A stretch of 64,000 bases of DNA from positions 1,408,001 to 1,472,000 of the forward strand of contig CAWCKY010000003.1 of the NCBI GenBank assembly GCA_963796275.1, in the 5' to 3' direction. This document shows positions 36,573 to 51,026 of this stretch, piece by piece (positions within the stretch are counted from its first letter, which is position 1; every line of letters starts with the position of its first letter). Source of the stretch: an uncultured Acidobacteriota bacterium. GTDB taxonomy: Bacteria > Acidobacteriota > Blastocatellia > RBC074. Below the pieces are notes generated by a model. That model saw only the letters and a program-made list of their open reading frames with translations. It ran no database searches and was not told the origin of the DNA. Made by a program: the position numbers and the translations under genes.

Positions 36573-37086
36573 ATGAGAGCGCAAACCTATCGTCCCAGAG
36601 TTCAAAACGGCCCGATCACCAGACGATCAAAGAAAACAGTCACCACGAAATCTTCGGAACGCCGAGCCTCAGCGCGCCGAGCCCCTCAGCGCGGCCGGCC
36701 AAGTAAAAAAAGAAAACGGGCATGAAGGGTCGAATCTCTTCATGTCTCTGATCATCATCGGTGCGCTCGTGGCTGCGGGTTTCGTCTTCGCGTTGCGTTC
36801 GCAAATCAACGCGAGACAGCTCGGACAGGCGGAAACGAAGTTGAGGGCTGAACTCGATGAAATCGCGAACCGGCAGCGCTACGAAGTTCTCGAGCGGCAG
36901 CGTGCGATGAGTATGGGCGAGAGCGATCGCGCCGCCCAAACGGCCGGACTGGTTCAGCCCAGTTTCAATCAGCCGAAGGCCGCCGCTCAGGTTACCGTAG
37001 CACAAAAACCCGCTTCGCGCGGCTCGAAACCCAGGAAGGAGAGCTCTAGCCAACGCCAGTCTGATCGATTGGCACAGCGTCGATAA
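36573..37086 (+). CDS. ftsL: FtsL-like division protein with an apparent single frameshift
   Basis: Located between rsmH and ftsI; TM + coiled coil in the 36742-37086 frame. The SD-preceded ATG at 36573 is in another frame and joins if one base is removed, for example from the A7 run at 36705-36711. Confidence 0.7.
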
Positions 37087-37107
37087 TTGGAAAAACCGAC
37101 CACCCGC

Positions 37108-39144
37108 ATGCGACCAAGAACGCCAAAATCCGACTCCCGCAACAGAATCCTCTGTATAGCCCTCTTGTTATTCACCTGGGTTATCGTAATTATCTGGCGT
37201 CTCGGTTGGCTTCAGGTGGTCAGATACGAGCATTATCTGGCTAAGGCCGCGCGCAATTATACAAAAGAGGTTGATCTGGTGCCGGCGCGCGGATCCATAC
37301 TGGATCGCAATGGCAATGAACTCGCCTATACGGTCATTTCCGAATCCCTCTTCGTCGATCTCAAGCTGCTCAGGGAAGAACCGGAGCGAGAGAAGGCCGC
37401 GAGTCTGCTCGCGCCATTGCTGGGCGTCGATGAAGATGAGTTGCTTCGGAAGTTTACCGGAAATGCCAGTTTCGTCTGGGTCAAGCGGAAAGTCGAACCC
37501 GAAACGGCAGAGGCGGTCAGAAGCATTATCGAAGCGAATCGGTTGTCCGGATTAGCTATCAAAAAAGAGACGCAGCGGTATTATCCCAACAACTCACTCG
37601 CTGCGCATCTCATCGGTTATATAGGCGCCGAGGAGAAAGGGCTGGCGGGCCTCGAGCTGACGCAGGACCAGCATCTGCAGGGGAGGCACGGTGAAATCGA
37701 GTTTATCAAAGATGGGCGCGGGCATCCCTACGAGCGGCACGAACTCCCCGCGCTGAGCGGCGCACAGCTGGTGACCACAATCGATGCCGCGCTCCAATAT
37801 AAGGTCGAGGCTTTGCTCGCCGAAGCCGTTCAGAAAACCGGGGCTAAAGGAGCGAGCGCCGTCGTGCTGGATCCGGAGGCCGGCGAGATGCTGGCGCTCG
37901 CCAACGTTCCCGCTTTCGATCCCAACGAACGTTTGAAGATGGCGGGTGATCCGTTGCGCCATAACCGCGCGATCAGTTTTCCCTATGAGCCCGGTTCGGT
38001 CTTTAAGCTCGTGACTTACGCGGCGGCCTTTGAGGAAGGCCTGGTGGAACTTGATGAGATGATCGATTGCGGGGCCGGCGAGATAGCCATCGGCAAGCGC
38101 GTCATTCACGACGAACATTCATACGGCGTCATCAGCATCGCCGATGCATTTGCCAAATCGTCTAATGTCGGCGCCATCAGAATTGCACAGCGTCTGGGGG
38201 AAAAGCGGTTTTTCGATTATATCGGTCGCTTCGGCTTTGGCAGCAAGACGGGCATCGAGCTGCCCGGCGAATCGCGCGGCATCGTCAATCCGTTACCGAG
38301 CTGGCGACCCGATTCGATCGGCTCGGTAGCGATCGGACAGGAAATCTCCGTCACCTTGCTGCAGGCGGCTTCCGCAATGTCCATCGTCGCTCATCGTGGG
38401 ATATGGAAGAAACCGCATCTCGTCAAGCGGCTCGTCGCACAGGACGGGAGGGTGTTGTCTGAATTGACTCCTGAGACGCGGCGGGTTATCAGTGAGGATA
38501 CCGCAGAGAAGATGAGGGGACTATTAATGCGGGTGGTGACGCACGGGACCGGCCGCCACGGAATTCAACTCGCCGGTTATACATCGGCTGGGAAGACCGG
38601 AACCGCGCAGAAGATCGACGAGAAAACCAAAAGATATTCGAAATACATGGCTACATTCGCCGGGTTTGTTCCGGCGCGTGATCCTCGCTTTGTAATAGTT
38701 GTGATGATCGACGAACCGGTCGGCCAGCATTATGGCGGGATCGTGTCCGCACCGGTCTTCAATCAGATTGCGGAAGCTGCCCTCGGGGATTACGCGGTTC
38801 CACCCGACGAAGAAGGCTTTCGCCAGGCGCTGGCCGAGCTCTCGAAGAAGCACGCCAAGAATAGAGAGGCGGGGGTTTGGGGGCTGGGGGCCGGCAATCA
38901 GGAAGCCGGAGCCCGGCGGCCCGAAGCATCCGGTGATTCTTCGCGTGTTATCGTTTCAGACCCGATCGTCACGACCGGGGTAATGCCGGATATTCGAGGA
39001 CGCGGGGTGCGCGCCGTGATCCGCGCTTGCGCTGAATTGAACTTGAACGTCAAACTGCGCGGTTCCGGAATAGCGGTGAGACAGAAACCGGCTCCCGGCA
39101 CTATAGTTAGAGAGGGAGATGAGTGCAGAGTAGAATTTCAATAA
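37108..39144 (+). CDS. ftsI: Class B penicillin-binding protein with a PASTA domain
   Basis: [20 protein letters not shown] (SxxK), KSSNVG (SxN), KTGTAQK. Confidence 0.95.
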   Translation: MRPRTPKSDSRNRILCIALLLFTWVIVIIWRLGWLQVVRYEHYLAKAARNYTKEVDLVPARGSILDRNGNELAYTVISESLFVDLKLLREEPEREKAASLLAPLLGVDEDELLRKFTGNASFVWVKRKVEPETAEAVRSIIEANRLSGLAIKKETQRYYPNNSLAAHLIGYIGAEEKGLAGLELTQDQHLQGRHGEIEFIKDGRGHPYERHELPALSGAQLVTTIDAALQYKVEALLAEAVQKTGAKGASAVVLDPEAGEMLALANVPAFDPNERLKMAGDPLRHNRAISFPYEPGSVFKLVTYAAAFEEGLVELDEMIDCGAGEIAIGKRVIHDEHSYGVISIADAFAKSSNVGAIRIAQRLGEKRFFDYIGRFGFGSKTGIELPGESRGIVNPLPSWRPDSIGSVAIGQEISVTLLQAASAMSIVAHRGIWKKPHLVKRLVAQDGRVLSELTPETRRVISEDTAEKMRGLLMRVVTHGTGRHGIQLAGYTSAGKTGTAQKIDEKTKRYSKYMATFAGFVPARDPRFVIVVMIDEPVGQHYGGIVSAPVFNQIAEAALGDYAVPPDEEGFRQALAELSKKHAKNREAGVWGLGAGNQEAGARRPEASGDSSRVIVSDPIVTTGVMPDIRGRGVRAVIRACAELNLNVKLRGSGIAVRQKPAPGTIVREGDECRVEFQ

Positions 39145-39230
39145 TTAGCTAGAATCCGGGTTCACTAGATTTTAGATTTATGTTCGGATTGAGAACACCA
39201 GACTCAAGACTTTCAAAAAAAATAAAAAAA

Positions 39231-40760
39231 ATGATCAGAATTCGTGACATCGCGAGCTACATTGACGCGACCTCAGGTGGAGGAGACCGGGAGGCCGTTG
39301 TGAGTGCTGCGGGCTCGGTTGTCACGAACGATTCGCGCCGCGTCGTCCCGGGGGGCATCTTCGTCGCAATAACAGGCGCACGTGTTGACGGAAATCTTTT
39401 TGTCAACGACGCGACGAAGCGCGGCGCGAATGTTATTATCTCAGAAAGGCCGAGACCGGCCGATATCCCCCCTGAGTCAAAAATCGTCTGGCTGAAAGTT
39501 GACAATGCGCGGGTGGCGCTGGCCCAGGCCGCTGCCCTCGTTCATGGCCATCCGTCGCGCATGCTCAAACTCGCCGGAATCACCGGAACCAACGGCAAAA
39601 CGACGACGGCTCATCTGATCGAGTCGATCTTTTCAGCAGGCGGAATGAAGACGGCGATGATGGGCACGATCGGTAACAGCATTGGCGATCAGAAGCTCGA
39701 CAGCGAATTTACGACACCGGAGGCCCCGGAAATTCAGGATTTCCTGCGCCGCGCTGCCGAGACGGGCGTGACGCATGCGGTGATGGAGGTTTCGTCTATC
39801 GCTCTGGAGATGCACCGCGCCGATGAGCTACAGTTCGCTGCTGCGGCGTTCACGAATTTCACCCAGGATCATCTGGATTTTCACGGTTCGATGGCGTCTT
39901 ATTTCGCAGCGAAACGTAAGCTATTTGACGGCAGCACGGGGCAAAAGCCAGAATTCGCTGTCATCAATACGGACGACCCGCGCGGGCTCGAACTCAAAAC
40001 TTTATGCGATCGCGGGTTGCTCACCTACGCGCTTGACTCGAAAGCTGATATTCAAACCGGGACCAACGGTTTCGGTCTCGATGGGTTGAAATTTACGGCG
40101 CGGACGCCGGCGGGCGGGGTCGAGGTCGACTCGCGGCTTGTTGGCCGGCCGCACGCCTATAACATCCTCTGCGCGATCGGAATAGGACTGGCGCTGGGTT
40201 TCGAACGCGATGTGATTGCGCGCGGAATCAATCAATGCCCGGGCGTCGCCGGAAGGTTCGAGCGAGTCAGTATGGCGGACGATGAGATAACGGTCGTCGT
40301 CGACTACGCGCACACCCCGGATGCGCTGGTAAATGTTCTCAAGACGATACGCGCCGCACTGAAAGGCAAAACCGCGAGGTTCGGCCGCGTGATAACAGTG
40401 ATGGGATGTGGAGGCGACCGGGACAGAGGCAAACGCCCTTTGATGGGGGAAGAAGCTGCCCGTCTGAGCGATCTGGTGATCGCCACCTCCGATAATCCGC
40501 GCAGCGAAGACCCGCTCTTGATTCTGAATGACATCAGAGTCGGTCTGGACCGGGTTGGGAAACCTTATGAATTGATCGTCGATCGCCGTGAGGCGATCAC
40601 GCGTACGATTATCAAAGCTAAACCGCGCGATATAATATTGATCGCCGGCAAAGGACACGAGACATATCAGATCCTTGCATCCGGAAGGCTCCATTTCGAT
40701 GACCGCGAGGTCGCTCGCGAGGCCCTGAAGGATAGAAGGAACCTGAGATTTGAGATTTGA
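39231..40760 (+). CDS. murE: UDP-MurNAc-dipeptide:meso-DAP ligase
   Basis: [24 protein letters not shown] (DAP-specific), AGKGHE. Confidence 0.97.
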   Translation: MIRIRDIASYIDATSGGGDREAVVSAAGSVVTNDSRRVVPGGIFVAITGARVDGNLFVNDATKRGANVIISERPRPADIPPESKIVWLKVDNARVALAQAAALVHGHPSRMLKLAGITGTNGKTTTAHLIESIFSAGGMKTAMMGTIGNSIGDQKLDSEFTTPEAPEIQDFLRRAAETGVTHAVMEVSSIALEMHRADELQFAAAAFTNFTQDHLDFHGSMASYFAAKRKLFDGSTGQKPEFAVINTDDPRGLELKTLCDRGLLTYALDSKADIQTGTNGFGLDGLKFTARTPAGGVEVDSRLVGRPHAYNILCAIGIGLALGFERDVIARGINQCPGVAGRFERVSMADDEITVVVDYAHTPDALVNVLKTIRAALKGKTARFGRVITVMGCGGDRDRGKRPLMGEEAARLSDLVIATSDNPRSEDPLLILNDIRVGLDRVGKPYELIVDRREAITRTIIKAKPRDIILIAGKGHETYQILASGRLHFDDREVAREALKDRRNLRFEI

Positions 40761-40826
40761 CATTTTAGATTTGACATTTGAAATTAAATCTCAAATTTCA
40801 AATCACAAATCACAAATTTAAAATCT
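40746..40826. repeat. Inverted heptamer array overlapping the murE stop
   Basis: (GATTTGA/CATTTGA)~5 followed by (AAATCTC/AAATCAC)~5. Confidence 0.85.
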
Positions 40827-40827
40827 T

Positions 40828-42279
40828 ATGAATCTGAGAGAGATCGCGCGCCTGTGCGGCGCAAGCCAAATGTTCGATGAACGGTTGGCCGAGACCGAGC
40901 CGGCCGGTCTCTCTATCGATTCGCGTGCCCTAGCACGCGGAGAGCTGTTCGTCGCAATCCCGGGCGAACGGGTTGACGGCCATCAGTACGTCCGCGAGGT
41001 CCTGGAAAAAGGAGCGTGTGCAGCCATCGTGGTGCATAAACGATTGGCACAGTCTCGCTGTCTGCCGGCTGCCGGCGGCGGGCTGGGTGAGTACGCCAAT
41101 AGATTGATCTTCGTGGAAAATACGGCCTGCGCATTACAGCAGTTGGCCGCCCGCGTGCTGGCCCGGTGGCATCGCCCGATTACAGCGATAACGGGAAGCG
41201 CCGGCAAGACGACGGTGAAAGATTTAACCGCGCAGGTCTTATACGATGCGGGGAATGTGCTCAAATCCCAGGGCAATCTCAACACATCCTATGGATTGCC
41301 GCTCACGGTCGGGCGAATGATAACCGGAGGCGCCCGGCCGGCCGATTTCGATTTCGCGGTGCTTGAGATGGGAATGAGCTCGTTCGGAGAGATCGCTCGT
41401 CTGACGGATATCGCGCCGCCGACCGTAGGCGTCGTCACCAACGTGGGCGACGCACATATAGAATTTTTCGGATCGCGTACATCGATCGCCGCCGCCAAAG
41501 CGGAGATGGTGGACGGCGTCAAATTGGGTGGGACCATCGTTCTAAACGCGGATGACCGATTGGTCGCCAACATGCGAAACCGCCGTTCGGACATTGCAGT
41601 CACAACGTTCGGTATCGATGAGCAGGCCGATATCATGGCAAGCGAGATAACGGTTGAAGGTGATTTGAGTGGAACTAGGTTCGTTCTCAAAACTGCCGAT
41701 GGCACGGCCCCGGTGAAACTGCGGCTCATCGGCCGGCATAATGTGTACAACGCTTTGGCCGCCGCCGCCGTTGCACAAAATTTCGGCCTCACGCCGCAGC
41801 AGATCGCGAGTGGCCTGGCGGCCGCCGTGCCGTCGAAGATGCGCGGCGAATTGATCCGCTTCGCCGAAGGATTCACGGTGATCGATGATTCGTACAACTC
41901 CAATCCGCAGGCGCTGATTCAATCGATCTGCGCGATGCGCGATGCCCGCGGGTTCCGGCGGCGTATCGTCGTGGCGGGGGAGATGCTGGAATTGGGAGAG
42001 CAGGGCGCGGAACTTCATCGTAAATGCGGAGGTGAGATCGCCGCAATGAATATCGATCGGTTGATCGGCATCAGAGGATTGGCCAGGGAACTGGTCGCCG
42101 GAGCGGTCGAAGCCGGCATGAGCCCTGAGCACGCGCACTACTGCGAGACGCCGGATGCCGCTGCCGACGTGCTGATTTCTCTAAAAGCTCCGGGCGATCT
42201 GGTTCTCATCAAGGCGTCGCGCGGAGTGAGGGCGGAACGCGTAATTGAGAGGTTACGAGCCGGGATCGGTTCATCTTGA
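40828..42279 (+). CDS. murF: UDP-MurNAc-tripeptide:D-Ala-D-Ala ligase
   Basis: [37 protein letters not shown]. Confidence 0.97.
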   Translation: MNLREIARLCGASQMFDERLAETEPAGLSIDSRALARGELFVAIPGERVDGHQYVREVLEKGACAAIVVHKRLAQSRCLPAAGGGLGEYANRLIFVENTACALQQLAARVLARWHRPITAITGSAGKTTVKDLTAQVLYDAGNVLKSQGNLNTSYGLPLTVGRMITGGARPADFDFAVLEMGMSSFGEIARLTDIAPPTVGVVTNVGDAHIEFFGSRTSIAAAKAEMVDGVKLGGTIVLNADDRLVANMRNRRSDIAVTTFGIDEQADIMASEITVEGDLSGTRFVLKTADGTAPVKLRLIGRHNVYNALAAAAVAQNFGLTPQQIASGLAAAVPSKMRGELIRFAEGFTVIDDSYNSNPQALIQSICAMRDARGFRRRIVVAGEMLELGEQGAELHRKCGGEIAAMNIDRLIGIRGLARELVAGAVEAGMSPEHAHYCETPDAAADVLISLKAPGDLVLIKASRGVRAERVIERLRAGIGSS

Positions 42280-42285
42280 CAAAAC

Positions 42286-43389
42286 ATGCTCGATTACCTT
42301 TGTTACGAACTGCTCTACCGGAATTATGCTTCACAGGTGACCCTGTTGAAGGTGTTCAATGTTTTTCAGTATTTAACGTTCCGTACCGCCTACGCCGCAA
42401 TCACGGCGCTGGCTTTATGTCTGATTTTCGGTCCCCTGGTAATCCGCAAACTGGCCGAATTTAAGTTCGGCCAGCAAATCCGTGAAGAGGGGCCTTCCTC
42501 TCACCAGGTGAAGAGGGGAACGCCGACGATGGGCGGCGTTCTGATCATCGGGTCGATCTTCATCTCGACCCTCCTCTGGGCGAACCTGGAAAACTGGCCG
42601 GTGTGGATCGCTCTGGTGGGGATGATCGGTTGCGGAGCGGTGGGATTCGCCGACGACTACATCAAGATCGTCAAAAAACGCAGCCTCGGTCTGTCGGGAT
42701 GGCAAAAAATACTGGGGCTGTTGATCGTCGGCGTGATCGTGGGCGTGCTGCTTTTCGGATTCGCCGAATACTCGACGGTGTTGAATGTGCCGTTTTTCAA
42801 GAATTTTCGCCCGAACCTGTACGTGTGGCTCTATATAGTCTTCATCATTCTCGTACTCATAGGGACATCGAATGCCGTGAATCTAACCGATGGGCTCGAT
42901 GGTCTGGCGATCAGCGTGACGATCGTCGCCGCGTCGGCATTGACGGCCTTCACGTACGTGACGGGTCACAAGGTGTTCGCCAATTATCTCGATCTGGGCT
43001 TCTACCAGAATGTTGGTGAGGTGACCGTGCTGAGCGGGGCACTGGTCGGCGCGAGTCTGGGGTTTCTCTGGTTCAACGCGCCGCAGGCCGAGGTTTTCAT
43101 GGGCGATGTCGGAAGTTTAGGCATCGGCGGCGCGCTCGGGACGATCAGCGTCATCATCAAGCAGGAGCTGGTGCTTCCGATCCTGGGCGGTGTTTTTGTG
43201 ATGGAGGCGTTGTCCGTGATCCTGCAGGTCGGATCGTTTAAATTGAGGAAGAAACGCATCTTTAAAATGGCGCCGCTCCATCACCATTTCGAATTAATCG
43301 GCTGGAAGGAGCCGAAGATAGTTTTCCGGTTTTTGATCGTCGCGATTTTGTTCGCGCTCTTGAGCCTTTCGACGCTCAAGCTGCGATAG
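42286..43389 (+). CDS. mraY: Phospho-MurNAc-pentapeptide transferase
   Basis: [36 protein letters not shown]. Confidence 0.98.
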   Translation: MLDYLCYELLYRNYASQVTLLKVFNVFQYLTFRTAYAAITALALCLIFGPLVIRKLAEFKFGQQIREEGPSSHQVKRGTPTMGGVLIIGSIFISTLLWANLENWPVWIALVGMIGCGAVGFADDYIKIVKKRSLGLSGWQKILGLLIVGVIVGVLLFGFAEYSTVLNVPFFKNFRPNLYVWLYIVFIILVLIGTSNAVNLTDGLDGLAISVTIVAASALTAFTYVTGHKVFANYLDLGFYQNVGEVTVLSGALVGASLGFLWFNAPQAEVFMGDVGSLGIGGALGTISVIIKQELVLPILGGVFVMEALSVILQVGSFKLRKKRIFKMAPLHHHFELIGWKEPKIVFRFLIVAILFALLSLSTLKLR

Positions 43390-43466
43390 GGAGAGCGGTA
43401 GCGTGAGGGCAGGGGATGTGGGCGACTTCTCCGCCTCCCGCTCTGCCGCTCTCCCGCTCTAAGAAT

Positions 43467-44822
43467 ATGAATGTCAGCGGTCAAAACATCCTCGTGGTCG
43501 GGCTCGGGCGCAGCGGTGCAGCGGCGGCGGAGTTTTTGGCTGATCGCGGGGCCCGCGTAACGGTCAATGATGCGAAGCCGGAGAGCGAGCTGAAAGATGC
43601 CTCGGCATTGCACAAAAAAGGGGTTGAGATCGTCGCCGGATCGCATCCGGATGAGCTCTTTGAAAAATCGGATTTGATCGTAGCGAGCCCCGGCGTTCCG
43701 CTCGCGCTCGCACCATTCCAAAAAGCCCGGGCGGCCGGCGTGCCGGTAATCAGCGAGATCGAATTGGCTGCGAGATTCCTGCGCGGCCGCATGATCGGAG
43801 TCACCGGATCGAATGGCAAAACAACAACCACGACGCTGATCGGCGAACTGCTCCGGAATGCTGATCTGCCGGCGCAGGTCGGCGGAAATATCGGAACCCC
43901 TCTGGTCTCGCTGGTGGCTACTTCGCAGGAGGCGGGTTTCACCGTGGTCGAGTTGAGCAGCTTCCAGTTGGAGGCGGTAGAGCGGTTGCATCTATTCGCC
44001 GCGGTTCTGATCAACATCACGCCGGATCATCTCGATCGTTACGAGTCGATGGAGCATTACGCGGCTGCGAAAGCCAACATCTTTCGCAATCAGACTCCCG
44101 CTGACGTCGCCGTGCTTAACGCCGATGACGAGCGCGTCTCGCGGATGAAAGGATCGACCGAAGCCCGAGTCGTATATTTCAGCCGCCGGCGCGAGCTCGG
44201 CGAAGGCGTCTTCTTGCGGGGAGAAGAAATTGTTAATCGCTTCGACGGGCGAGAGCAGTTGATGATCGCTCGCTCCGACATTCCACTGCGGGGTGATCAT
44301 AATCTGGAGAACGTCATGTCGTCGCTGGCAGTCGGACTGGCTTGCCGCGTCTCCCCTGAATCTATGCGCGAGACGATACGGAATTTCAAAGGCGTCGAAC
44401 ATCGTCTCGAGTTTATCGATGAGATAAACGGAGTGAAGTTTTATAACGACTCGAAGGCGACCAATGTCGACGCGGCTGTCAAATCGATCGAAGCATTCGC
44501 CGGAGGATTGATTGTAATTCTCGGCGGTAAGGACAAGGGGAGCGATTATACGCCGCTCGCCCGGCTCCTGCGCGAACGCGGCGAGCACGTAATATTGATT
44601 GGCGCTGCAGCGGGGAAGATCGCGCGCGCGCTTGAAAATGCTCTACCCATTCATCGCGCCGCCACGATGGAAGAGGCGGTCGCGGCGGGCTACCGATTGA
44701 GCCATATGGGAAGCGTCGTGCTTCTTGCTCCGGCCTGCGCAAGTTTCGATATGTTCGATAACTACGAACATCGCGGAAGGGTTTTCAAAGAGGCGGTGAA
44801 GAAGTTGAGATTTGATGGCTAA
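43467..44822 (+). CDS. murD: UDP-MurNAc-L-Ala:D-Glu ligase
   Basis: [38 protein letters not shown]. Confidence 0.97.
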   Translation: MNVSGQNILVVGLGRSGAAAAEFLADRGARVTVNDAKPESELKDASALHKKGVEIVAGSHPDELFEKSDLIVASPGVPLALAPFQKARAAGVPVISEIELAARFLRGRMIGVTGSNGKTTTTTLIGELLRNADLPAQVGGNIGTPLVSLVATSQEAGFTVVELSSFQLEAVERLHLFAAVLINITPDHLDRYESMEHYAAAKANIFRNQTPADVAVLNADDERVSRMKGSTEARVVYFSRRRELGEGVFLRGEEIVNRFDGREQLMIARSDIPLRGDHNLENVMSSLAVGLACRVSPESMRETIRNFKGVEHRLEFIDEINGVKFYNDSKATNVDAAVKSIEAFAGGLIVILGGKDKGSDYTPLARLLRERGEHVILIGAAAGKIARALENALPIHRAATMEEAVAAGYRLSHMGSVVLLAPACASFDMFDNYEHRGRVFKEAVKKLRFDG

Positions 44823-44945
44823 CTTCAGTTAGCGGTGGCGAGAATTCTGATTGAGCGGGATTTGTGCGGAGGATCCTCGCATTCCGGCCGATCCCTGGTG
44901 CGTTGATTTGGTAACTGAGGCATGCATTTGCGTGTGAATCGGGCA

Positions 44946-46061
44946 ATGGATAAAAAGAGGTGGAAAACCCTGCTGACGACCATTGAGAAACTGCGTTGGG
45001 ATATATGGATCGCGGTGACGACCATTGGGCTGGCTTGCTTCGGTGTCGTTATGGTCTATAGCGCATCGGCGGCGGGCGCTACCCCGCATAAATATTTGTT
45101 CGCCCAGATTGCGTGGGCCGCACTCGGACTCGTCGTCATGGCGATCGTACGGCGTGTGGATTATCACCGCTATGCTCATCCGGGATTTATTTATGGCTTT
45201 TTGATTTTTTGTGTCTTCCTGCTGCTGATCGTTTTTTTGTTTCCGGCGATCAACGGCGCCCAGCGCTGGCTGATATTCAACGGGCTCTCGGCGCAGCCAT
45301 CGGAACTCGTGAAGATCTCGCTCGTGCTCTTTCTCGCGTGGTTTCTATCGGAACGGGAGCGCGATGGCGAACTGAGCAGTTTCTGGGCGACAGTCGCGCC
45401 GGCCGCGGTAGTGATGGGGATACTCGGCGTTTTGATACTGAAAGAGCCCGATCTGGGGACGACGCTCATACTTGGTTCTATATTCCTCATTATGTTATTT
45501 GCGGCTGGCGTGCCGTTCGGACATTTGATCAAACTTTCGCCCTTCCTGCTTATCGGCGCAGTCTGGCTGATAGTGAAAGTGGCCTGGCGGTGGGAGCGGA
45601 TCAAAACTTTTATGGATCCGGAGAGCGATCCGCTGGGGAAGGGTTATCAGGTTTTGCAATCATTGATTGCGGTCGGGGCCGGCGGGATGCACGGGCTCGG
45701 GTTCGGACAGAGCAAACAGAAGCTGTCGTTCCTGATAGCGCCCCAATCGGATTTCATTTTCGCGGTTATCGCGGAAGAGCTCGGTTTCGTTGGCGCGTCG
45801 ACGCTCGTGCTCGCATATGGTTTTCTCCTATGGCGCGGTTTGAGGGCAGGCCGCCGCGCGCCGGATAGACTAGGAGAATTGATAGCAGTCGGTCTGACCA
45901 CGGGATTAGTGATTCAGGCGTTCTTTAACATAAGCGTGGCGATCAGTTTGTTGCCTGCCAAAGGGATCACCTTGCCGTTCGTCAGTGCGGGCGGATCTTC
46001 ACTTATGGTCGCCCTCGCTGCTTCCGGTATCTTATTGAACATCTCTGAGCAGGGTGGGTGA
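44946..46061 (+). CDS. ftsW: SEDS peptidoglycan polymerase
   Basis: [44 protein letters not shown]. Confidence 0.96.
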   Translation: MDKKRWKTLLTTIEKLRWDIWIAVTTIGLACFGVVMVYSASAAGATPHKYLFAQIAWAALGLVVMAIVRRVDYHRYAHPGFIYGFLIFCVFLLLIVFLFPAINGAQRWLIFNGLSAQPSELVKISLVLFLAWFLSERERDGELSSFWATVAPAAVVMGILGVLILKEPDLGTTLILGSIFLIMLFAAGVPFGHLIKLSPFLLIGAVWLIVKVAWRWERIKTFMDPESDPLGKGYQVLQSLIAVGAGGMHGLGFGQSKQKLSFLIAPQSDFIFAVIAEELGFVGASTLVLAYGFLLWRGLRAGRRAPDRLGELIAVGLTTGLVIQAFFNISVAISLLPAKGITLPFVSAGGSSLMVALAASGILLNISEQGG

Positions 46062-46147
46062 TTGCGGATTATAGAAGTCGGACTCTGTGGATCATGGGTT
46101 TCCCAATCGTAGACAGAATGAGCTCAATGGGTAGTGAAGTTAACAGA

Positions 46148-47263
46148 ATGGGCGAGATGAAAAGCAAATCCTCGATCCGTCACCCGCAATCCGCAATTAC
46201 GGTGATCATCGCCGGAGGAGGTACTGGCGGTCATATTTACCCGGGGATCGCCATCGCACAGGAGTTCCAGAAGCGCCACGGGAATACGCGGGTAACGTTT
46301 GTCGGCACGGCACGTGGATTGGAATCAAAGATAGTGCCACGCGAGGGCTTCGACCTCGAGTTGATCGATGTCGCCGCGCTTAAACGCGTCAGCTTCATCG
46401 GACGGATCAGGGCGCTGTTGTTATTGCCCAAGAGTTTCCTGACGGCGTGTTTTTTGATTAAAAAAGTCCGGCCTCGGATTGTAATCGGCGTCGGCGGTTA
46501 TGCATCAGGGCCGGTGGTATTGATGGCGTCATTGATGGGGGTTCCGACTATAATTGCTGAGCAGAATGCGTTGCCGGGCTTCACCAACCGCATACTGGCG
46601 CGATTCATCAAAGCCGCCGCCGTCTCCTTTGAGGAGGCGCGCAACTTATTCGGAGCGAAGGCCGAGATTACGGGCAATCCGGTACGAGCGGAATTCTTCA
46701 ACGTGCCCTCCAAAGAACCGAGCGAGGTTGTACACATTTTAATAACAGGAGGCAGCCAGGGCGCGCGCGCTATCAACGAGGCGATGATCGAGACTTTGCC
46801 CCTGCTTGCGGAAGAGGGGGCGCGCCTTTCGCTTACGCATCAGACGGGCGATGCCGACTACGAGAAGGTGCGAGCTGCCTATGAAAAATCGGGATTGAAG
46901 GGGGAGGTAAAACCTTACCTCGATCGGATGGTCGCCGAGTTCGAACGAGCCGACCTGGTGATCTGCCGCGCCGGCGCGACGACGGTCGCGGAACTGGCTG
47001 CAGCGGGCAAGCCGGCAATCATGATTCCGTTTCCGTTCGCGGCCGACGATCATCAGCGCAAGAATGCCGAAGCAGTCGAGCGCGTGGGTGCCGGAAGGAT
47101 GATTTTGCAGGCTGAGTTGACGCCTGAACGACTGGCGCAAGAAATGTTATGGCTTGCCAACGACCCCCAGCAACTGGCGCGCATGGCCGAAGCGAGCAGG
47201 AAGCTCGGCCATCCGGATGCCGCGGCCCGTGTGGTCGATCTGGCGATGAGGATAATCGAATAG
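46148..47263 (+). CDS. murG: Lipid II GlcNAc transferase
   Basis: [42 protein letters not shown]. Start uncertain. Confidence 0.96.
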   Translation: MGEMKSKSSIRHPQSAITVIIAGGGTGGHIYPGIAIAQEFQKRHGNTRVTFVGTARGLESKIVPREGFDLELIDVAALKRVSFIGRIRALLLLPKSFLTACFLIKKVRPRIVIGVGGYASGPVVLMASLMGVPTIIAEQNALPGFTNRILARFIKAAAVSFEEARNLFGAKAEITGNPVRAEFFNVPSKEPSEVVHILITGGSQGARAINEAMIETLPLLAEEGARLSLTHQTGDADYEKVRAAYEKSGLKGEVKPYLDRMVAEFERADLVICRAGATTVAELAAAGKPAIMIPFPFAADDHQRKNAEAVERVGAGRMILQAELTPERLAQEMLWLANDPQQLARMAEASRKLGHPDAAARVVDLAMRIIE

Positions 47264-47291
47264 CGAGTCCGGGCTTCGGACCACAGACTCT

Positions 47292-48676
47292 ATGTTTAAG
47301 AAGTACCAGCACATTCATTTCGTAGGAATCGGCGGCATCGGAATGAGCGGCATAGCTGAGGTGTTGCTCAACCTGGGCTATCATATCTCCGGCTCTGATA
47401 TCAGGAGTTCGTCGATCACCGATCGTTTGGAGACGCTGGGGGCACACATATTCGAGGGCCATCGCTCGGCCAATATCGAGGGCGCGCAAGTCGTGGTCAC
47501 ATCGACCGCGGTCAGGGAGGACAACCCGGAAGTCATCGAAGCGGTGCGCAAACAGGTCCCCGTTATCCCGCGAGCTGAGATGCTGGCCGAGCTGATGCGG
47601 TTGAAATACGGCATCGCCATCGCCGGGTCGCACGGGAAGACCACGACGACCTCGATGGTTGCGTCCGTGCTCGACCGCGCACAGGTCGATCCGACGATCG
47701 TCGTCGGTGGGCGCGTCAACACGTTGGGTAGCAACGCGAAGCTGGGGCGCGGCGATTTTATGGTGGTCGAGGCTGATGAGAGCGACAAGAGCTTCCTCAA
47801 ACTCTCTCCCACAATCGCGGTAGTGACGAACATCGATCTGGAGCATCTCGATTTTTATCAAGGCATAGAAGAGATTCGCCATTGCTTCGTGCAGTTCGTC
47901 AACAAGGTTCCGTTTTACGGGTCGGTGATCATCTGCCTCGACGACCCGAACATCCAGCTGATCATCCCGCAGATCTCGCGGCGAGTGATCACCTACGGGC
48001 TGCGCGCGCACGCAGAAGATCTCGGCGGCCGATGTGCAGAATCTCGCGTGAAAGCTTCGGTTCCGATTTTACCGTGCGGAACAAGGGGGAGGAGCTGGGC
48101 CGCATTAAACTCCACGTTCCGGGAGAGCACAATGTTTGTAATGCCCTCGCGGCCGTCGCCGTCGGACTGGAGCTGGAGCTCGATTTCGGCGTGATCGCCG
48201 ACGGCCTGGCGACGTTTCGGGGCACGGAGCGGCGGTTCCAGGTGAAGGGGCTGATCGATACCGATCACGGCGGCATTCTCGTAGTCGACGACTACGGCCA
48301 TCATCCGACGGAGATCCGGGCGACTTTGGCCGCCGCCAAAATGAGCGGACGCCGTCTGGTCGTGCTCTTCCAGCCCCATCGTTTTACGCGCACCGCGGCG
48401 CTACACGAAGAATTTGCGCGGTCGTTTTATGATGCCGATGTTGTCCTACTGTGCGATATCTACGCGGCGAACGAAGACCCCATTCCGGGGGTAACCTCAC
48501 AGGTTCTGGCCGAAGAGATGGAAAAGTTCGGTCATCGCAATGTTCGCTACCTTGGAGGATTTGAACAGGGAAAGGAGGCATTGCTCGAAGCCGTATTGCC
48601 GGGTGATCTGGTTATTACGCTCGGGGCCGGCAACGTCTGGCGCGCCGGTGAAGATTTTCTGGAAGCGATGAGGTGA
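47292..48676 (+). CDS. murC: UDP-MurNAc:L-Ala ligase, interrupted by two apparent 1-nt insertions
   Basis: [17 protein letters not shown] and EADESD lie in one frame; [19 protein letters not shown] and TLGAG lie in another. Removing one A at about 48017 and one at about 48041 gives a continuous 460-aa ORF. Confidence 0.93.
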
Positions 48677-49769
48677 TGATGACACCAAGAAATCGTCAGA
48701 GGCCCAAACAAACAGAGGAACGGGAAGTCTGGGACGATGATCCCGGGCACCCGGTCGATAATCGTCGTCATGCGGGCGCAGCGAGCGATCTCGCAGACCG
48801 CCATCGCCGCACCAGCAAGCATCGTGCGCCCAAACAGAAAGGGAAACCGCCCCAGCGGAGACCGAGGCCGGAGCAATCGGCGAAGCCCAAGCAGAAGGAA
48901 TCGGCATCGCGCAAACAGGCATCGCTGGTCGACAGGATCTCGCCTGATTTCCTCTCCAACCGGATTATCCGCATCATCTGGGCGATTTTCTGTCTGGTGA
49001 CCGTCGTCGGCTCCTTTATTTTCATGTATTTCTTCTTCGCCGGCTCACGCTTCTTTGCGCTGCGCGAGATCGAGATCGTCGGCAATAAGCTGCTCCAGCG
49101 TGAATTTATTGAATCGATAGCCAAAGAAAATGCCAAAGAAGGAGTGATGCGGGCCGATCTCAATAAAATTCGCGAAGAGTTGCAAATAAAGGGGGTCGTG
49201 AAAAGTGTAGAGATCACGCGTATGCTCCCGGATATGCTCAAGATAGTCGTCGAGGAGCGCGAGCCCTATGCCCTCGCGCGACGAGGCGATAGCCGGGCGG
49301 AGAGCAATGTCGTATGCGTTGATCGCGAAGGGGTAATGTTCGGCGACCAGTCGTTTTGCAAAGCGAAATCGGGAATGCCCCTGATCAACGGGCTGGATGA
49401 GAGCGGAGACCGCGCGACCGAACGCAATCAGCAGCGTTTGGGGATCTACCACCGGTTGCTCACAGATCTGGACGGAGCGGAACCGCGTCTTTCAACGCGG
49501 ATAGAGGAGGTCTATTTCGACGACGCGCAGGGTGTGCGCGTCACCATCCAGGCGCCGGACAAGGAGAGCGTCATCGCGGTTTTTCTCGGAAATGAAGAAT
49601 TCCGCATCCGCCTCAACGCCGCTCTCGATGTGCTCGATGCTATTTATCGTCAGGATGCCGAAGCTCTCAATGTCCTCAGGATCAGCGATGCCGAGAAGCT
49701 TCTCAGCGGGGCCAGGATTTCATATCTCAACGCCACGACCCCCAAGCGCGTGGTCGTAGGGTTGGAGGA

Positions 49770-49773
<4 letters not shown>
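48673..49773 (+). CDS. ftsQ: FtsQ/DivIB-type division protein
   Basis: Basic disordered N-terminus, one TM, POTRA-like region (IEIVGN...[14 protein letters not shown]); precedes ftsA. Confidence 0.88.

Positions 49774-51026
<1,253 letters not shown>

Noticed and set aside
47292-48676. murC as a true pseudogene
   Set aside because: All motifs are intact and two single-base deletions restore it; a sequencing artefact is more likely.
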